Source: Hyphomicrobium sp.
Lineage (GTDB): Bacteria; Pseudomonadota; Alphaproteobacteria; Rhizobiales; Hyphomicrobiaceae
Direction of reading: 5' to 3'
Assembly (NCBI GenBank): GCA_046160845.1
Contig: JBJXHD010000006.1
Location: forward strand, 15,174-79,173
Length of the DNA stretch: 64,000 nt
The notes below the pieces were generated by a model that saw only the letters and a list, made by a program, of their open reading frames with translations, was not told the origin of the DNA and ran no database searches. The stretch's first letter is position 1. Each line of letters opens with the position of its first letter. The position numbers and the translations under genes were made by a program. Below, piece by piece: positions 31,358-40,539 of the stretch.

Positions 31358-31455
31358 GGGCGGCGGACGGCGCCGTCAACCTTCCCGCGTTTGTTTGAGC
31401 CTTGCATCGAGGCGTCCGTGGTAGACTTGCGTTCGCTCGCAGCCCCGGCGCCTCG

Positions 31456-33279
31456 ATGTCCGTTCCCCCCCACACCCTCGCATCCGTCGCGGCGTTCCGC
31501 GGCCTCTCCGGCGACGATCTCGCGCGGCTCGAAGCGCTGCTCGAACAGCGCTCCATAACGCGCGGCGAAGTTCTGGTGCGAGAAGGCGATGCGGCGGACG
31601 CGCTTTACGTCGTCATCTCGGGCCGCTTCGCCGTCGAGATCGACGGCCTCGATGAACCGGTCGCCGAAATCTCCAAAGGCGCGACCATCGGTGAAATCGC
31701 CTTCTTCGCAGGGGGCGCGCGCACCGCTAGCGTGCGCGCTATTCGTGACAGCGTCGTCGTCGGCCTAACACGCGCCGACTTCGACGAGATTTCGGCGCGC
31801 GCGCCGCAGGTCTGGCGCACCATCACCGCGACACTTGCCGAGCGCCTTGCCGCCGAGACGCGACGCAGTCACGGATTCGATCCGTCGAGACGCCCCGCCC
31901 CGCGCGCCGCGCCGCCGGCGCGTACCGTCGCCGTCATTGCCGCAGGCGGCGGGCCGATTGCGCCGTCGTTCCTCGACGCTTTCGCGGCAGCTTCAGCCTC
32001 CCGTCCCGGCCTGCTCTTCATGTCCGGTGAGGACGCCGGCCGGCATCTGAACGGCGGACGCATCGCCGATCTCGATGCGACGGCGGCGCTGAACGATCTC
32101 GAAAGCCGATACGAGACGCTGATCTTCATCGCCGATCCCGACCTGTCGCCGTGGAGCGAGAAAGCCGTCCGGCAAGCAGATGAGATCCTCATTATCGCCG
32201 ACAATTCGCACGGCCCCATCGGCTCGCCCGTGCGCCTCGGCGAGATCGAAGCCTTTGCCGCGTCCCTGCCGCGCCCGCCGCGCCGCCGTCTCGCCATTCT
32301 GCAGTCGCGGTCGCATGTCGCGCAGGGGACACGTCACTGGCTCGCGCCACGCGCGCCCGCCGCGCATCATCACGTGGCGATCGGCGATGCGGAAAGCTTC
32401 GCGCGGTTGTGGCGCTTCATCACCGGCGAAGCGCTCGGCTTCGTCGCCTGCGGCGGCGGCGCCTACTGCGCAACGCACATCGGCATCTACAAGGCCTTCC
32501 GCGAGGCCGGCATCTCGTTCGACATGCTCGGCGGCGCCTCAGGCGGCGCGGCGATGGCGGCGGCCTTCGCCGAAGACGCCGATCCGGGCGACATCGACGC
32601 TCGCGTGCATCGCATGTTCATCGAAGGCAAGGCGCTGGCGCGCTACACGCTGCCGCGCTACGGCCTGCTCGACCATACGCATTTCGACCGTCATCTGCGC
32701 GAGGTTTACGGACCCGGCGCCATCGAAGATTTGTGGAAGCCCTATTTCGCCGTCGCCGCCGACCTGACCGACGCCAGCGTCGCGGTGCTGCGCGACGGGG
32801 CGGTGTGGCGCGCCATCCGCGCCAGTTCGGCGATTCCGGGCCTGCTGCCGCCGCTCTACACGGACGATGGGCGCACGCTCGTCGACGGCTCCGTCATCGC
32901 CAACGTGCCGATCGCCGCCATGCACGAGTTGAAACGCGGACCCAACATTGTCGTCAGTTTTCACGCGCCGGAGGGCCAGCGCTACGTCGTTGATTACGCG
33001 GCGCTGCCGAACCGCGCCGACCTGATGCGCCGGTCGCTCAATCCTTTTGCAGCTGCGCCGCTGCCCAGTGCGCCGTCGGCTGCGACGGTGCTGGTGCGCA
33101 GCTTGATGGCAGACCGCAGCCACTTCGAACGCGCGCTGACGTCAGGCGATTGGCTCATGCTGCCACCCGTGCCGGCCGAAATGGGCGCCCTCGACTGGCG
33201 CCGTCACACGGCTCTGGTCGAAGCCGGCTACCGCTATGCGCGCGACGAAATCGCCAAGCGCCATGGGCCGGCGCTCTAG
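31456..33279 (+). CDS. cNMP-binding domain + patatin phospholipase (NTE/RssA-like)
   Basis: GD.ADALYVVISG, IGEIAFF.G..RTASVRA; patatin GGGA, GASGG (GxSxG), VDGS. Confidence 0.88.
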   Translation: MSVPPHTLASVAAFRGLSGDDLARLEALLEQRSITRGEVLVREGDAADALYVVISGRFAVEIDGLDEPVAEISKGATIGEIAFFAGGARTASVRAIRDSVVVGLTRADFDEISARAPQVWRTITATLAERLAAETRRSHGFDPSRRPAPRAAPPARTVAVIAAGGGPIAPSFLDAFAAASASRPGLLFMSGEDAGRHLNGGRIADLDATAALNDLESRYETLIFIADPDLSPWSEKAVRQADEILIIADNSHGPIGSPVRLGEIEAFAASLPRPPRRRLAILQSRSHVAQGTRHWLAPRAPAAHHHVAIGDAESFARLWRFITGEALGFVACGGGAYCATHIGIYKAFREAGISFDMLGGASGGAAMAAAFAEDADPGDIDARVHRMFIEGKALARYTLPRYGLLDHTHFDRHLREVYGPGAIEDLWKPYFAVAADLTDASVAVLRDGAVWRAIRASSAIPGLLPPLYTDDGRTLVDGSVIANVPIAAMHELKRGPNIVVSFHAPEGQRYVVDYAALPNRADLMRRSLNPFAAAPLPSAPSAATVLVRSLMADRSHFERALTSGDWLMLPPVPAEMGALDWRRHTALVEAGYRYARDEIAKRHGPAL

Positions 33280-33620
33280 ACGTGCTCGACATAGTTAGCA
33301 AGCTCCCGGATGCGCACCCGATAGGCGCGGCGCAGGCAGAAATAGCTCGCGCCGCAAGCGTTACGGCTTGCGACCCAGGCGCGCTGCGCGTCGCGCACGT
33401 CCTCCGTCTGATCGAAATAACCGGCGCGGATCAGCGCTCGGCGGTACCAGCTGTCGAGACGCTCGTCGAGGGCGGCAAGCCCGCGACTCGAACAGATCAT
33501 GCGCTCGGCGGCGTTGAGGTCGTAGTCCGCCATGCAGCTGAAGCTTGCGGCGTTGGCGGGGCCGGCGAGCGGCAGGGCGGCGGCGAATGCGAGGGCGGCC
33601 AACTTGGCGGCGTTCGACAT
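33276..33620 (-). CDS. Exported lysozyme inhibitor LprI-like protein
   Basis: Signal peptide, ASFSC, AERMICS...LAALD, Q.AW...RNACG...CL..AY..RI.EL. Confidence 0.75.
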   Translation of the reverse strand: MSNAAKLAALAFAAALPLAGPANAASFSCMADYDLNAAERMICSSRGLAALDERLDSWYRRALIRAGYFDQTEDVRDAQRAWVASRNACGASYFCLRRAYRVRIRELANYVEHV

Positions 33621-33774
33621 GGCGGATCTCCAGAATGCAGCTTCGTTAATGACCCATGCTTATTCTCTCGAAGCTGAATTGGCTCTGAAGGGCCTGTTCA
33701 TGCCTCGTTGGGGTACGGCGATACCCTGACGCCGCAGTTGCCGCACGCACCGCTACAGCGTAGAATCTTTCGTA

Positions 33775-35178
33775 TTGTTGGCCAATTTCGGTTTGGGGGA
33801 CTTGCGTCTGTCTGTGCTGCGTACCAAGTCCGGCGCGCTGATCGCGATCGCTGCGCTCGCCCTGTCGGCCTGCGCACCGCCGATTGCGCGCAACGGCATT
33901 ACCGATGCGAAGCTAGCGCAGGTCGCCGAGGCGCGCGATCTTCCCGGCGTCCGCTTCTGGGCCGACGAAATTCCTGCCGACCCCATCGCAGAGATCAAGC
34001 GGCGCACTCCGCACATGCCCCCGATCGGGCGCTTCGCCAAACAACGCGGCGGCGCCCGTTCCGTCGTCGAGACGCTGGCGCTTTCGGGCGGCGGGGCTGA
34101 CGGCGCATTCGGCGCCGGCTTACTCACCGGCTGGACAGCGCGTGGCGATCGCCCCGAATTCGAAGTCGTCACCGGCGTCAGCGCCGGCGCAATCATCGCG
34201 CCGTTCGCCTACCTCGGCCCGTCGGAAGACGAGAAGCTCAAGCGCATCTGGACCGAATATCGCGCCAGCGACGTCGTAACCGCGCAGATCATTCCGGGCC
34301 TGTTCGGCGGCCAGGCGCTCACCGATACGACGCCGCTCGCCAATCTCGTGGCCCAATACATCGATCACGCGACGCTGCGGCGCATCGCGGCCGAATATAA
34401 TCGCGGCCGCATCCTGATGGTGCTGACGACGAATCTCGACGCCCAGCGCCCGGTCGTGTGGAACATGGGCGAGATCGCCCGCGTCGGCACAGACGACGCG
34501 CTCGACATGTTCCGCAAGGTCATCCTCGCGTCGGCCGCCATTCCGGGCGCCTTCCCACCGGTCAACATTCCGGTCACTGCCAACGGCAAGGCTTACGAGG
34601 AGCTGCACGTCGACGGCGGCACGACGCGCGAAATTTTCGTGCTGCCGGTGCAGGCGCCGTTCAGGGCCTTCGACGCTCTCTATGCGCAGCCACCGCTGCG
34701 CAAGCTCTATCTGGTCAAGAATGGCAAGCTCAATCCGGAGCAGGAGATCGTCACACAATCGACGCTGCCCATCGCAGGGCGTGCCATCGCCACGCTTATC
34801 AAAAGCCAGAACTGGAGCGAACTCTATCGCCTCTACCGCCTCGCGAAGGATGACGGTGCTGACTTCAATCTGGCCTACGTGCCGGCGGCGTTCACGCACA
34901 CGACCGAGAAAATCTACGACCCCGAATATCAAAAAGCGCTGTTCGCGGAAGGTGTGACGCTCGGACGCAACGGGGCGTGGTCCAAGAGCCCGCCGGGCCA
35001 GACGCCGATATTCGCACAAAAGTCACGCGGTCCGAAAGGCGAGGCAGACGCGCGACCGTCGGTCGATCCGCCGCCGCTGAAGCCCGATCCCGCGCCGCCA
35101 GCCGCCAGCGACTCGCCGTCGACGTGGACGCCTCGCATCATTCCAGGCAACCGCCAGCCGGTCGCTGCTGTAGAGTAA
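33775..35178 (+). CDS. Patatin-like phospholipase, lipoprotein
   Basis: Lipobox LSAC; SGGGADGAFGAG, GVSAG, VDGG; Pro-rich tail. Start uncertain. Confidence 0.85.
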   Translation: MLANFGLGDLRLSVLRTKSGALIAIAALALSACAPPIARNGITDAKLAQVAEARDLPGVRFWADEIPADPIAEIKRRTPHMPPIGRFAKQRGGARSVVETLALSGGGADGAFGAGLLTGWTARGDRPEFEVVTGVSAGAIIAPFAYLGPSEDEKLKRIWTEYRASDVVTAQIIPGLFGGQALTDTTPLANLVAQYIDHATLRRIAAEYNRGRILMVLTTNLDAQRPVVWNMGEIARVGTDDALDMFRKVILASAAIPGAFPPVNIPVTANGKAYEELHVDGGTTREIFVLPVQAPFRAFDALYAQPPLRKLYLVKNGKLNPEQEIVTQSTLPIAGRAIATLIKSQNWSELYRLYRLAKDDGADFNLAYVPAAFTHTTEKIYDPEYQKALFAEGVTLGRNGAWSKSPPGQTPIFAQKSRGPKGEADARPSVDPPPLKPDPAPPAASDSPSTWTPRIIPGNRQPVAAVE

Positions 35179-35220
35179 GCCTCACGCCGCCGAACGCGCC
35201 GCCTGCTGCTGTGATGCACC

Positions 35221-35309
35221 TGTCATCCTCGGCGCGCGAAGCCGACCGCCGCCCAGACCCCCTCATCCTCGGCGCGAGACGGCGCAGCCGGAGCAAGCCG
35301 AGGACGACG
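35221..35309. repeat. Degenerate palindromic repeat copies
   Basis: TGTCATCCTCGGCGCG at 35221, CTCATCCTCGGCGCG at 35262, closing GCCGAGGACGACG at 35297-35309; between convergent genes. Confidence 0.65.
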
Positions 35310-35334
35310 TCCGAAGAAATAAACGCCCAGCGCC

Positions 35335-36831
35335 CTACCGCCGCCCGCCGCGCAGAGTGCCGACGATGATGTTCTTGATCGTCGTCGCCGCTGTGCGCGC
35401 AATCGAGCGCTGCAGCTCCTTGCCGATCATACCGCCCATGCCCTGCGAGCCGCGCTTGCCGGCAGCAGCCTTGCCGCCGCCAAGCACGCCGCCGAGCCAG
35501 TCCCCGGCCCCGCCGCCAGCCTCAGCTTCCGCGGCGCCCGAAGCCTTCCGATCGAGCATCTCGCGCGCGCTGTCGCGTTCCTGCCGCTCTTCGTACTTGC
35601 CGTAATAGGGGCTGTACTCGATAACGCCGCGACGCTCTTCCGCCGTCACAGGTCCGAGGCGGCCTTCCGGCGGACGGATCAGCGTCCGCTGAACGATCGA
35701 CGGCTCGCCCTTGTTCTCGAGCACAGATACCAGCGCTTCGCCGACCTTCAGCTCCTTGATCACCTCGTCGACTTTCAGCGCCGGATTTTGGCGGAAGGTT
35801 TTCGCCGCCGCCTCGATGCCCTGCTGGTCCTGGGGCGTGTAGGCGTTGAGTTTGTGCTGAATGCGGTTGTTGAGCTGGCTCGCCACCGTCTTCGGCACGT
35901 CGATCGGGTTCTGCGTAACAAAGTAGACGCCGACGCCCTTCGAGCGAACCAGCCGCGCGATCTGCTCGATACGGTCGAGCAGAGATTTGGGCGCGTCGTC
36001 GAACAGCAGATGCGCCTCGTCGAAAAAGAACACGAGTTTCGGCTTCGGCTGGTCGCCGACTTCAGGCAGCGTCTGCCAAAGCTTGGTCAGCATCCACAGT
36101 AGGAAGGTGGCGTAAACCCGCGGCGCCTCCATCAACTTGTCGGCCGAGAGCACGTTGACGACGCCGCGCCCGTCTGGCGCGACGCGGATGAAATCCATGA
36201 TATCGAGCGCCGGCTCGCCGAAAAAGCTCGACGCGCCCTGCTCTTCAAGCACCAACAGCCGGCGCTGGATCGACCCGACCGACGCCGGCGCCACGTTGCC
36301 GTACTTGGTGGTCAATTCCTTCGCCCGCTGGCCGATGCTGGTGACGAGCGCGCGGAGATCCTGCAAATCGACGAGCGGCATCTTTTCATCTGCCGCCAAG
36401 CGAAACGCGATGTTGACGACGCCTTCCTGAACTTCGTTGAGTTCAAGCAGGCGCGAGATCAGCAGCGGCCCCATGTCGGCGACGGTGGCGCGGATCGGAT
36501 GGCCCTGCTCGCCGAACACGTCCCAGAAGACCGAGGGGAACGCGTGGTTTTCATACGGCGCTAGGCCAACCTCTTGGGCGCGCTTGACCAGGAAGTCTTT
36601 CTGTTCGCCGACGGCGGCGATGCCCGACAGATCGCCTTTGATGTCGGCGGCGAACACTGGAACGCCGGCGTTCGAGAAGCCCTCGGCCAGCACTTGCAGC
36701 GTCACCGTTTTGCCGGTGCCGGTCGCGCCAGTGACGAGGCCGTGGCGGTTGGCGAGGCGAAGTTCGAGGTACTCGTTTTTCCCGCTCTTGCCGAGAAAGA
36801 TCTTACCGTCCTGGAGTGGCGACTGGCTCAT
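35335..36831 (-). CDS. DUF853/YjgR helicase HerA-like ATPase
   Basis: RHGLVTGATGTGKT, DIKGDLSG, FFDEAHLLF, RSKGVGVYFVTQNP. Confidence 0.9.
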   Translation of the reverse strand: MSQSPLQDGKIFLGKSGKNEYLELRLANRHGLVTGATGTGKTVTLQVLAEGFSNAGVPVFAADIKGDLSGIAAVGEQKDFLVKRAQEVGLAPYENHAFPSVFWDVFGEQGHPIRATVADMGPLLISRLLELNEVQEGVVNIAFRLAADEKMPLVDLQDLRALVTSIGQRAKELTTKYGNVAPASVGSIQRRLLVLEEQGASSFFGEPALDIMDFIRVAPDGRGVVNVLSADKLMEAPRVYATFLLWMLTKLWQTLPEVGDQPKPKLVFFFDEAHLLFDDAPKSLLDRIEQIARLVRSKGVGVYFVTQNPIDVPKTVASQLNNRIQHKLNAYTPQDQQGIEAAAKTFRQNPALKVDEVIKELKVGEALVSVLENKGEPSIVQRTLIRPPEGRLGPVTAEERRGVIEYSPYYGKYEERQERDSAREMLDRKASGAAEAEAGGGAGDWLGGVLGGGKAAAGKRGSQGMGGMIGKELQRSIARTAATTIKNIIVGTLRGGRR

Positions 36832-37105
36832 GTCCGTGTCTCATCCTCAGCGTCGATCGATCTTCAAAGCGGCCGCCGAACGCGACTCGGCCGAACCCGC
36901 CGCCGGCAGCCCTCTTTGCATGCCGGAACGGTGTTTGCAAACCCAGGTTGCAGAGACGACTTGCCAAAGCCGGGCCGCCCTTTCAATGTCATCTGACGCC
37001 CGAGAATGACCGTCCGCGGTGGCCGCTGTGTGGCGCTGCGCATGAACCTTCGACGCGGCGGAATAACACCCTCCACGCGGCTGCAGGGACGGCTATACGA
37101 GGATC

Positions 37106-39046
37106 ATGGCTTCGTCCGCCGACGAGCCCCAGGGGACTGCTGCCGAAATGAGCGCCGAGACGCCTACCGAAACGCCGATCACGCCGCTGGCAAGCGTTTT
37201 TCCCCCGGTCTCCTTCGACCACTGGCGGGCGCTGGTCGACAAGGCGCTGAAGGGCGCCGACTTCGACAAGCGCCTGGTTAGAAAGACGGCCGACGGCATC
37301 GCCGTGCGGCCGCTCTACGCGCGCAGGGACGAACTCGACGGCGCCGACGCCGCCCAGCCCGGCGCCGCGCCCTTCACGCGCGGCACGGCCCCCCGCCGCG
37401 ACGGCCTCGACTGGGATATTCGCACATTCCACAGCGAGGCTGAACCCACGGCGGCGAACCAGGCGATCCTCGACGACCTCGAAGGCGGCGTGACGTCGAT
37501 CGCGCTGCATGTCGGGCCGACAGCGCTGCCGCCAACCCGCGAGGCGCTCACCGCCACACTCGACGGCGTGATGCTCGACGTCTGCCCGATCGCGTTGGTC
37601 GCCGATGCGGGCGCCTATGAAGCCGCGCTGGCGATGATCGCAGTCTGGCGCGACCGTGGCGTTGCCGAGAAGGATCGCAAAGGCGCGTTCGGCGCCGACC
37701 CGCTGGCTGCCCTCGCGACGTCCGGCAAGCTTTATGAGCCGCTCGACTCGGCGCTCGCCCGCGCGGTCGCCTTGATCAAGCTCACCGAGGTGAGCCCAGG
37801 ACTGACCGCGATCACCGCCGACGGCGTCTGCTATCACAACAGCGGCGCGAGCGAAGCCCAGGAGCTCGCTTGCATGCTGGCGACGCTGGTCGCTTATCTG
37901 CGCGCCGCCGAGCGCGGCGGCATCGCGCCAAAGGCCGCTCTTCCCAAAATCAGCGTGGCGCTCGCCGCCGATGCCGACGAATTCGCGACGATCGCCAAAC
38001 TGCGCGCTGCGCGCCGCCTGGTCTGGCGCGTCGCTGAGGCGTGCGGCGCAGGCCCAGCCGCGGCGCGCGTGCAGTACGCCTGCCCGACGTCATATCGCAT
38101 GATGGCCAAGCGCGATCCGTGGACCAATATCCTGCGCACCACCATCGCTTGCACCGGCGCAGCGCTCGGCGGCGCCGATGCGATCCTGGTGCTTCCCTTC
38201 ACGTTTGCGCTCGGCAAGTCTGACGCCTTCGCGCGCCGCGTCGCCCGCAACATCCAGATCGTCTGCCAGGAAGAAAGCCACCTCGGTCGCGTCGCCGATC
38301 CGGCAGGCGGCTCGTGGTATGTCGAACAACTCACCGATGAACTCGCCAAGAAGGCCTGGGAGATTTTCCAGGATATCGAGGCGCGCGGCGGCATGTTGGT
38401 CGGCCTCACCACCGGCTACGTTCAGGAGATGATCGCGCGGACCGCGGAAGCGCGCGCCAAAGCCATCGCCACCGGCAAACTCAAGCTCACCGGCGTTTCC
38501 GCCTTCCCGATTCTCGGCGACGACGGCGTCAAGACCGCACCGTGGCCGCGGCCGTCGTCGACCAGCGAAGAAGATCCCTCGCTGGAAGTGGCGCCGCTCA
38601 AGACCCGCCGCCTGGGCGAAGATTTCGAGGCGCTGCGCGACGCCGCCGATGCGGCTGGCGGCTACACGGTGTTTTTGGCGAGCCTCGGCGAAATCGCCAA
38701 GCACAACGTGCGCACGACTTGGATCAAGAACTACCTCGCCGCCGGCGGCGTCGCGACGCTTATCTCCGACGGCTACACCTCCGCTGAGGACGCGGCGGAA
38801 GCATTCATCGAGTCCGGCGCAACCGCCGCGTGCATCTGTTCTTCCGACGCAGTCTACGCCACGCTCGCCGAACCAACGGCCAAAGCGCTGAAGAGCGCTG
38901 GCGCGAAGCTCGTGCTGATGGCGGGCCGTCCCGGCGACAAGGAAGCCAGGCTGAAATCGGCCGGCGTCGATCAATTCCTATTCGCCGGCGCAGACGCCAT
39001 CGCGACGCTCAAGGATCTGCACGCTTGGCTGACCGCGACCGGCTAA
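37106..39046 (+). CDS. mcmB: Methylmalonyl-CoA mutase small (beta) subunit
   Basis: MCM barrel motifs (HNSGASEAQEL, DPWTNILRTT, DPAGGSWYVE); C-terminal domain lacks the DxHxxG cobalamin motif. Confidence 0.85.
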   Translation: MASSADEPQGTAAEMSAETPTETPITPLASVFPPVSFDHWRALVDKALKGADFDKRLVRKTADGIAVRPLYARRDELDGADAAQPGAAPFTRGTAPRRDGLDWDIRTFHSEAEPTAANQAILDDLEGGVTSIALHVGPTALPPTREALTATLDGVMLDVCPIALVADAGAYEAALAMIAVWRDRGVAEKDRKGAFGADPLAALATSGKLYEPLDSALARAVALIKLTEVSPGLTAITADGVCYHNSGASEAQELACMLATLVAYLRAAERGGIAPKAALPKISVALAADADEFATIAKLRAARRLVWRVAEACGAGPAAARVQYACPTSYRMMAKRDPWTNILRTTIACTGAALGGADAILVLPFTFALGKSDAFARRVARNIQIVCQEESHLGRVADPAGGSWYVEQLTDELAKKAWEIFQDIEARGGMLVGLTTGYVQEMIARTAEARAKAIATGKLKLTGVSAFPILGDDGVKTAPWPRPSSTSEEDPSLEVAPLKTRRLGEDFEALRDAADAAGGYTVFLASLGEIAKHNVRTTWIKNYLAAGGVATLISDGYTSAEDAAEAFIESGATAACICSSDAVYATLAEPTAKALKSAGAKLVLMAGRPGDKEARLKSAGVDQFLFAGADAIATLKDLHAWLTATG

Positions 39047-39066
39047 AACGGAGACCAAGACCCGCA

Positions 39067-39507
39067 ATGCTCGAACACGCGCAACGCGCCGCCGGCCACG
39101 GGGCCAAGATGACGGCTTACGTCGCGGTCCTGGCGGCGCTCGTCGTCGCCGCGTGGGAAGCGCACGCGACGACCGGCCTTTGGTCGACGTTCGGCGAGAT
39201 CGCCGTGCCACGTGTCGCGATCGCAGTGTTCGGCGGCGCGGCGTTCGGAGCGCTGGTGTTCGGCTTCATCGGTTTCTGCGCGGCGCTGCTCGGCGTCAAG
39301 CGCGTCGGCTGGACCTTCACCTACGCGCTATTCGGCGCCGCGCAGTTTGTGTTCGCCGCGCACGTCATGCGCAACTCCATAGCCGCTAGCGCGACGATGT
39401 TCGCTGGACCGGCCGGATTCGGCGCGGCGATCACGCTGGCGGCGCTGACCGGCGCCGTCGCCGGCGCCCTTGTGGCCCGCGGCCTCAAGGCCGGACCGGA
39501 AGCTTAA
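39067..39507 (+). CDS. Hypothetical membrane protein (about 4 TM)
   Basis: GGAG upstream; four hydrophobic segments; begins 20 bp after the mcmB stop. Confidence 0.6.
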   Translation: MLEHAQRAAGHGAKMTAYVAVLAALVVAAWEAHATTGLWSTFGEIAVPRVAIAVFGGAAFGALVFGFIGFCAALLGVKRVGWTFTYALFGAAQFVFAAHVMRNSIAASATMFAGPAGFGAAITLAALTGAVAGALVARGLKAGPEA

Positions 39508-39604
39508 CGCCAATGTGAACCTCCGCGCCGTTGGAGACGACTGAACCTCTGGCCGAGGCGATGCGCCTTGACTGTGTTCAACCGTCATAGCCGGAGGATC
39601 CGAC

Positions 39605-39781
39605 ATGAACCGCTTCCACATTCCAGCATCCGTCATGCTGGCGCTCATCGCCGCGACAACCACCGCGTACGCCGCATCGAAACCGGCCGATACGGGCGGC
39701 GGCGGACGCACCCTCTCAGACTACAACATCCAGAAGGAAAGCGCCGCGCCGCGTCTTCGGTTGCGCATCGCGCCTCGTTAA
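39605..39781 (+). CDS. Small exported peptide (58 aa), absent from the ORF track
   Basis: Read by hand: MNRFHIPASVMLALIAATTTAYA-ASKPADTGGGGRTLSDYNIQKESAAPRLRLRIAPR*; GGAGG 7 nt before ATG; AYA signal-peptidase site. Confidence 0.6.
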   Translation: MNRFHIPASVMLALIAATTTAYAASKPADTGGGGRTLSDYNIQKESAAPRLRLRIAPR

Positions 39782-39927
39782 GTCGCAGCGGTGACCCCAA
39801 TCCGGCCGGCTCGGTAAACGCCTGTATCCAAGGGAACAGCCGCCGGCCCGCTCTTGAACCATTCTCCTCCTCAAGACGACAGACCTTCAACCCGGCCCTG
39901 CTGCTTGAGACCTAAGGAGACGACACC

Positions 39928-40131
39928 ATGTCCGCCACGATTATTGGGTCCGCCGCCGCAGCTCTGACGACCGCCGCCACCGTCGTGGTCGCTGCGAGCC
40001 CAGAGGCGCAGGCGCTGCTCTCGCCGCTGACAGAAGGCGGCAGTGAATACGCGACGACCGCCGTCGCGATGATGATCTCGTTTCCGATCCTCGCCGTGCT
40101 CAGCGTGCTGGCAGGATCATCGAAGAATTAA
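39928..40131 (+). CDS. Small hydrophobic protein (67 aa)
   Basis: Strong TAAGGAG RBS; two hydrophobic segments. Confidence 0.65.
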   Translation: MSATIIGSAAAALTTAATVVVAASPEAQALLSPLTEGGSEYATTAVAMMISFPILAVLSVLAGSSKN

Positions 40132-40178
40132 TTCTAGCCGCGCTTGCCCCTGCCTCGTCCTCCTCTCCTCCCGAACCT

Positions 40179-40213
40179 TGGCTGGCTCTCTCCCGGAGCC
40201 AGCCATTTTTCTT
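40179..40213 (+). terminator. Intrinsic terminator with pyrimidine-rich loop
   Basis: TGGCTGGCTC-TCTCCC-GGAGCCAGCCA followed by TTTTTCTT. Confidence 0.75.
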
Positions 40214-40420
40214 CTTACGACGGCGAATTGCGAAGCATTGCCTACCGGCCAACGAGAATATTCAATCAAATTCTTTCCAACTGAGACCGAGCCAGTGATT
40301 GCGCCACGACGGATTGCGCGCCATCTCGCCACACGCCTGACTGCCTCCCTTCTGATCTCGTCTCGCAATCGACCATTTGACTTTGCGCGGACCGACGTCG
40401 TCGCAATGCAACGAGCGCGC

Positions 40421-40435
40421 GTAACAAACCGTTAA
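40421..40435. promoter_or_regulatory. CtrA-like site upstream of the histidine kinase
   Basis: GTAA-N7-TTAA (reverse TTAA-N7-TTAC), one mismatch from TTAA-N7-TTAA. Confidence 0.4.
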
Positions 40436-40539
40436 ACGAACCGGTGACAAGCAGCGTTTAGATAAATCGTTGATCGCAAATTTAGGACGACGTTCATCGC
40501 CCCCAAATAACGTCAAGACATCAAGGGGCCGAACGATCC

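Noticed and set aside
31456-36831. Patatin plus HerA as an anti-phage system (CBASS-like or HerA-based)
   Set aside because: No cyclase, Sir2 or nuclease partner; genes alternate strands; the ATPase is the DUF853/YjgR type and codon usage is core-like.
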